The notes below the pieces were generated by a model. It was not told where the DNA came from. It saw nothing but the letters and a program-made list of their open reading frames with translations, and searched no databases. Position numbers and translations under genes: made by a program. 64,000 nucleotides of DNA from Schmidtea polychroa (taxonomy: Eukaryota), in NCBI GenBank assembly GCA_044892525.1, contig CM097885.1, positions 3,102,001 to 3,166,000 of the forward strand. The letters run 5' to 3'. This document shows positions 58,741-64,000 of this stretch, one piece after another (position 1 is the stretch's first letter; each line of letters opens with the position of its first letter).

Positions 58741-59403
58741 ATCATTTAGTTGTTTTTATATATAAAGTACAATGAATGTTTTGTTTATGTTATTTTTGTT
58801 TTTTATAAATACATATATTATTGATAACAGATTTATTCTTTAAATAACAAAAATTAGATTTAATTTTTTTTTATTAAATCCCGATATGTCATTTAAGAAA
58901 ACTGGCAACCCTGTACATAATCCATTTAATAAAATAAAGAATGGGTAAACCAGGACCAAGTTGTTAAAGCAAAGTTCAAGATGAAAATAGACAGTTGCAT
59001 AATAGCTGGACCGAAAAATATTTTTTAGTGTAATCTGTTAATAAGATTATTTGTTTGATTTGCAAGAAAACTATTGTTTTCCCCAAAGAATATATTATAA
59101 AAAGACATTATGAAAGTCGGCATCCGACAATTTCAAAATTACCTCAAGAATTACTTGTCAAAGAATTACTCTACAACGAGAATCGAAAGGACGGCAGGCA
59201 ATGTTTCTTACATGACCTAGTGAAGAGTCACAAATTGTCTAACCCCTAACCTTTATCCAAGCCCTTAATTGCGCAAAGATGTCAACCATTTACAAATGGT
59301 GATTTTGTAAGATTGTTTGCGAGCAGTTGCTGAAAAGATTTGTCTACAATTCGTCAAAAATGTTGACAAAATTCAGTTAAATGGAATGACTACATAGAAG
59401 AAT

Positions 59404-60179
59404 GGTTCTAGGACAAAATGGTATGGACAAAATGGTATGAGGACAAAATGGTACTAGGATTAAATTATATAGATTTAACTTTGTTTAAATAGAATAATAA
59501 GTTTATTTTCTTTTCAAATGCATTTAATTAATTATTGCCCTAACACATAAGTAAGTTGTTTTTATTTAGCATAAATGTCTGGCTCTTTCCGTCTTTCGTT
59601 TAATAATATTAAAAACAATCCGAAAATCTAGACAATATATAAATTATAATGAATAAATTAATTTAAAAAAACACAAGTGTCAAACATCTAAGACTATAGG
59701 CCTACTCAGTTACAATGTTTCTCTCAGACAACATTTATATTGAGCACGCGCGAAATATCTCCCAAATATGTAACCGGATCTCTGCTTTAGTTCATCTGCT
59801 TAATGCGCCTCAGATTCAGTTCCTGTGACTGAAGTTCACCAGGCTTTCTCTTACGTTAGCCCGGTGTACACTGGCGCGTTAGCAAATATGTGTATTATTA
59901 TTATTATTATTCTTCACGGTATATTGATTTTGTTGATTACGATTTTTTGCAATAAAGAATATTAAAAATAACTTATATTTGGCCATTGTCTTAAATAAGC
60001 AGGTTGTTAACATTTTAAACTTTCAATTGAGCTAATTTTCTAATAACAATTAGCCTATCTAAAGTGACATGGTATTTATCAAAATGCATTTTTATTGGTT
60101 ATTCTGTCAGATTAGTTCGTTATTTTTTTTATTCATTTTGTCCGTAATATTTTGTCCTCTACCATTTTGTCCCGCCACC
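59404..60179. mobile_element. MULE-like non-autonomous element nested in the SPIN-like hAT
   Basis: Tandem ggacaaaatggta repeats at both ends, inverted; flanking duplication agaagaat. Confidence 0.7.
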
Positions 60180-60598
60180 AGAAGAATTACTATACTATCA
60201 GCAGGTATAAGGGTGCAACTAATGAGTTCATCAAATATTTTATTTACTTTTCATTACCAATTGATGAATTGACAGATATTGCTTCTACAGCTCAGTTATT
60301 AATATTAGTACGAGGAGTAACATAGGACATTCAAGTTACTGAGGACTTAATTGGAATATGTTAATGGCGACAAGTTAATGGGAGTCTTAGAACAATGCAC
60401 AAAAATGTATTTGAATTTTACCCAATTGTCAGACATTGGGACAGAAAGAACTCGGGATTAGTGACAATACTAAAACAATATTTGAGAAGACAAGGCGATG
60501 AACTGATTCAATTTCACTACATAATTCACAAAGGAGTTTGTGCACTAAGAACTTAGGATTTGAGCATGTCATGAAAATTGTCATTTCGGGGATTTAAC

Positions 60599-61103
60599 CA
60601 GTAGCGTAACTATGGGCCCCCAACTGCAGAAGCCTGAAAAAATGAAATATTTTTATTAGTTAATGTATAGCAGAAAGCCGGAAACCGAAACTCTTTGTAA
60701 ACTTCTTATAATCCTTGTAAAATCAATTTATCACGCAGGCAGGCAGATGACGTAGAATATTACTATTGACACGCGGTCAGCACATATTTTTAGGCTTTGT
60801 TTTATGCTAGGTAGCAGTGACTCAGACTCGAATGCAAATTATAAGGCAAATTTGCAGTTAATTCACTCAATTGGTTTCACTTCCCATCTTTGATCTATAC
60901 TGATGTCATTAGTCTCATTGCCAAGTTTCTGTCGGCCGTCGTTGTTGATATTGTTTTAAAAAGTTTTTTTAAACAAATTAATAATATAGTTTATTATAAT
61001 ATAAAAATATAAAATTATTGTCTATCAGATTGTCATTGGTTGTATAGGGGGCCCATTTTGAAAGAATTTGCAGAGGTTGCATAGAATTTAAAGTTACGCC
61101 CTG
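60599..61103. mobile_element. hAT-type MITE nested in the SPIN-like hAT
   Basis: cagtagcgtaact / agttacgccctg; imperfect TSD gatttaac/gccttaac; subterminal gggccc. Confidence 0.7.
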
Positions 61104-61888
61104 GCCTTAACCACCGACATTTAAAAACTTTCTTCAAGAGATCAAAAGCAAACATGGAGACTTAATTTTTTTCACGGAATTGAGGTGGGTTAGTCACGGG
61201 CAAACACTGCAAAGGTGTCTAAATTTATTTGATGAAATCGAAATATTTATGATTGAAAAAAATATACAGATTCCTGAAATAAAAGATTCTGATTGGTTAT
61301 GCGACAGAGCCTTTCTGACAAACATAACTACTCATTTAAATAAGTTAAATAATCGACTATGAGGAAAAAATCAAACGGTAACCGAACTATATGACCATAT
61401 TTGATCATTTCAAGGAATTACAGGACCTCTGAAGGTCCTTGAAATGACCTAGGACGCATATATGAGTTAGGGTCATGATAGCAACTATATACATTCCATT
61501 CACTCAGTTCCTAAAGGAAAAAGCATTAAAAGTCACTGTCAAAATAATCAGAGTTCTGAATTAAATTTTCTTTTCTCCTAAACATTCTTTTCAAACGTGA
61601 AAAATAATTTTCTAATATTTTTGTAGGGTTGCAATTGAAAATTTCTGATGTAATTTTATGTCGATGACGATTTGAGTCCATGTCGGTGGGATCCTGGGTG
61701 AACTTGAATGAGTGTTGACTGGGAAATTCGAAACCACTTCAATCCGCCTTCAGATAGGATTGGATAGAATATGAGGGGGGATAAATATGAGTGGGTTATA
61801 AATACACTTTGATCTCAATGTCTTTTTGTTTGATATCAAATAGTGAGTTTGGCAATGTTTGCTTGATGAAATTATATTTCAGTTCTAG

Positions 61889-62098
61889 ATGATCGGGATC
61901 AGAATTAGTTTCATTTTATGCTTGGTCACATTGTATGGGATCGAATGTTGGTCTGAATTCCCCCTAGGCGATAAACGGATTTCACAACGCAGCAGAGACA
62001 GAGTGACTTTGGGAGAAGATTTCATTCGATTTGGAAGAAGCAATCCTTTGCAGAAAAAGTATATTAGATTTGGAAGAAGACCATATTCATTTAATTAA
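61889..62098 (+). CDS. FMRFamide-like neuropeptide prohormone (YIRFamide and an extended FIRFamide)
   Basis: Signal peptide; ...EDFIRFG-R and KK-YIRFG-RR amidation/cleavage sites. Confidence 0.88.
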   Translation: MIGIRISFILCLVTLYGIECWSEFPLGDKRISQRSRDRVTLGEDFIRFGRSNPLQKKYIRFGRRPYSFN

Positions 62099-62207
62099 TA
62101 TGTAAATATTTCTGATCTTAATTCATTATTGTCATTTGTTATGGGGAAATACAAACTAGTGACCGACCAATATGTATTTGCATTGTTAGCGTCTCTTTGT
62201 TGTTTGC

Positions 62208-62394
<187 letters not shown>

Positions 62395-64000
62395 TTTGTA
62401 TTTATTGAAAAGCTTGACTATGAATCAATAAATATATCGACGTTTTTGATATTCACAAATTTTCAGCACTGCCTTTTTCAAATGAATTTGATGCTATTTG
62501 TCTTATGTTATTTTTTATAATTCTTTCTCAAACGTAGGTTCCAGCAAAGCGTGTTACACATGAACCATTTATCGAAAAAAATATGAAGGAAATGGAAATA
62601 AAAATTCAAATCAAATCAAAGCTGAAAGATAAAATATTTCTACAGATAGTTCATTATGTAAAAGCATTGGTCAAAACTCGAAATTATTTTCATTTTTTTT
62701 TGAAAATGTGAATGCCGACCCCTGAACACGTGTACTCTATTCAAAGACTTTCAAAGAAAAATATTCTTGGACGAGTTTACCAGATGAAGAAAGCTATGTT
62801 TAGAAAATAAAGGCAAAATGAAACCATTCGGCGTATTTAGGACTGAATTCATCACCAATAAATGGCCATTAGAAACAGCTTTCGTGCTGTTTCGGTTACT
62901 AATATAATTCATAATTGAACACGTTCGAAGATATATTTTTTAAAAGCAATTGTTCTTCAAAATAAAATAACCAAAAGGATCTTTGTAAAATATATTTCTA
63001 AATTTAGCGCGATTAAAAATCAATTCATTCAATCAAACATTTTACTCAATCAGACTGTATTTAATTATTGATTAAAAATTATGAAATATTATATTATGAA
63101 AATTTCATTCGTTTAAAATTGTCAAAAATGTTACAATGCAATGTTAGGAAAATGTTAGTTTAAATTATAAAATCTCAATGTTTCATAAATTCCATATAAA
63201 ACATCCTTACAGCGGGAAAGGACAAATACAAATTTTGCGGTTCATTCGGTAATATTTATTGCTAAAAGGGAATTTTAGATCTAGCGTATTGATACACAAA
63301 CAACCTGTTCTTATCCTAACAAATCTCTCCAAATCCCATGCAAGATACTTGACAACTATTTTATACACAAAACTGACAAATTCAGACGATATTTTCCTGA
63401 GAAGCGTCTTATAATTGCTGAGTTAACAAATTGAAAACTTTATAAACAAACTATATGATAAATTATTCTTTTTCACTCGAATTCCAAGTAAAATTATTTA
63501 TTTGTTTTCATTTTACCTTTGAGGAAAAGAGCAAAAATTTCCCCCCTTCTAACTTATATTTATTCCCCCTTTCATTAACTTATATTTTTGTGATAGTCCA
63601 CCCTCATTTATTTGAAATTATTTTATTGGTCTTGAACTTTCAATTTGTAACGCTGGTTACCATTTTGTCCCCCTGAAGATTATAGATTTTTACACTTTTT
63701 GTGTAAATTAATTTTGTATATTTTTATTTTCACTCGAACTTTCTGCATTGCTTACAAGGGTGGCTCAAGAGATTTTGTCTAAGCTGAGCGCCGTAGGCAA
63801 ACTTTATGAAGCGCATACCTTAAAGAATATCAACTAGACATTTAAATTTCTTAATTCAACATGAAGGTATTACATAATAAATTTTTTATAGAGTGAAATA
63901 AAAAATCTGTTCATTTCTAAATATGATAATTTATAAATTTTCTTAGTACACAAATAATAATACAAATAATAAAGGAGTGACACTGTGAAAAAGAAAAATT

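Larger units (their letters stand above)
57620..58913 (+). mobile_element. 3' part of a hAT element, interrupted by hairpin unit C
   Basis: IFSISHSNATSERIFSLMTNIWRKERN (hAT dimerisation region); terminus ctggcaaccctg at 58902-58913. Confidence 0.7.
58960..61620 (+). mobile_element. Degenerate SPIN/GTF2IRD2-like hAT transposase, split by two nested insertions
   Basis: CLICKK...KEYIIKRHYESRH, PFTNGDFV, DELTDIASTAQLLILVRGV, RWVSHGQTLQR, AFLTNITTHLNKLN. Confidence 0.85.

Overview
AT-rich eukaryotic genomic DNA with many short (about 35-55 nt) GT-AG introns, most likely from a planarian (triclad flatworm), judging by two planarin-type prohormones (LIDPMTFG motif) and a YIRFamide precursor. Host genes: three near-identical astacin metalloprotease genes, a dopamine-transporter-type SLC6 gene, three neuropeptide prohormones, MAN2C1, a strongly divergent RPB5/POLR2E and TRMT6. 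The intergenic space is packed with nested mobile elements (Penelope-like, RLE non-LTR, intact DD34E Tc1/IS630-like, pogo, Merlin, piggyBac-type, MULE-like and many hAT elements) and long (ATT)n tracts. The most unusual observation is three dispersed units of about 0.75-0.85 kb. Each starts with the same GC-rich hairpin (identical 18-mer GTGTGCGCACACAGACGC), followed by a non-alignable T-rich leader of about 175-185 nt, an ATG, and an uninterrupted, decayed fragment of a different housekeeping gene (CstF-77, proteasome alpha-6, RNF126/115-like). This is a candidate undescribed gene-capturing element family. A hammerhead retrozyme-like insertion and a Penelope-associated minimal hammerhead are also present. 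All protein and family assignments come from motif recognition by eye, not from database searches.
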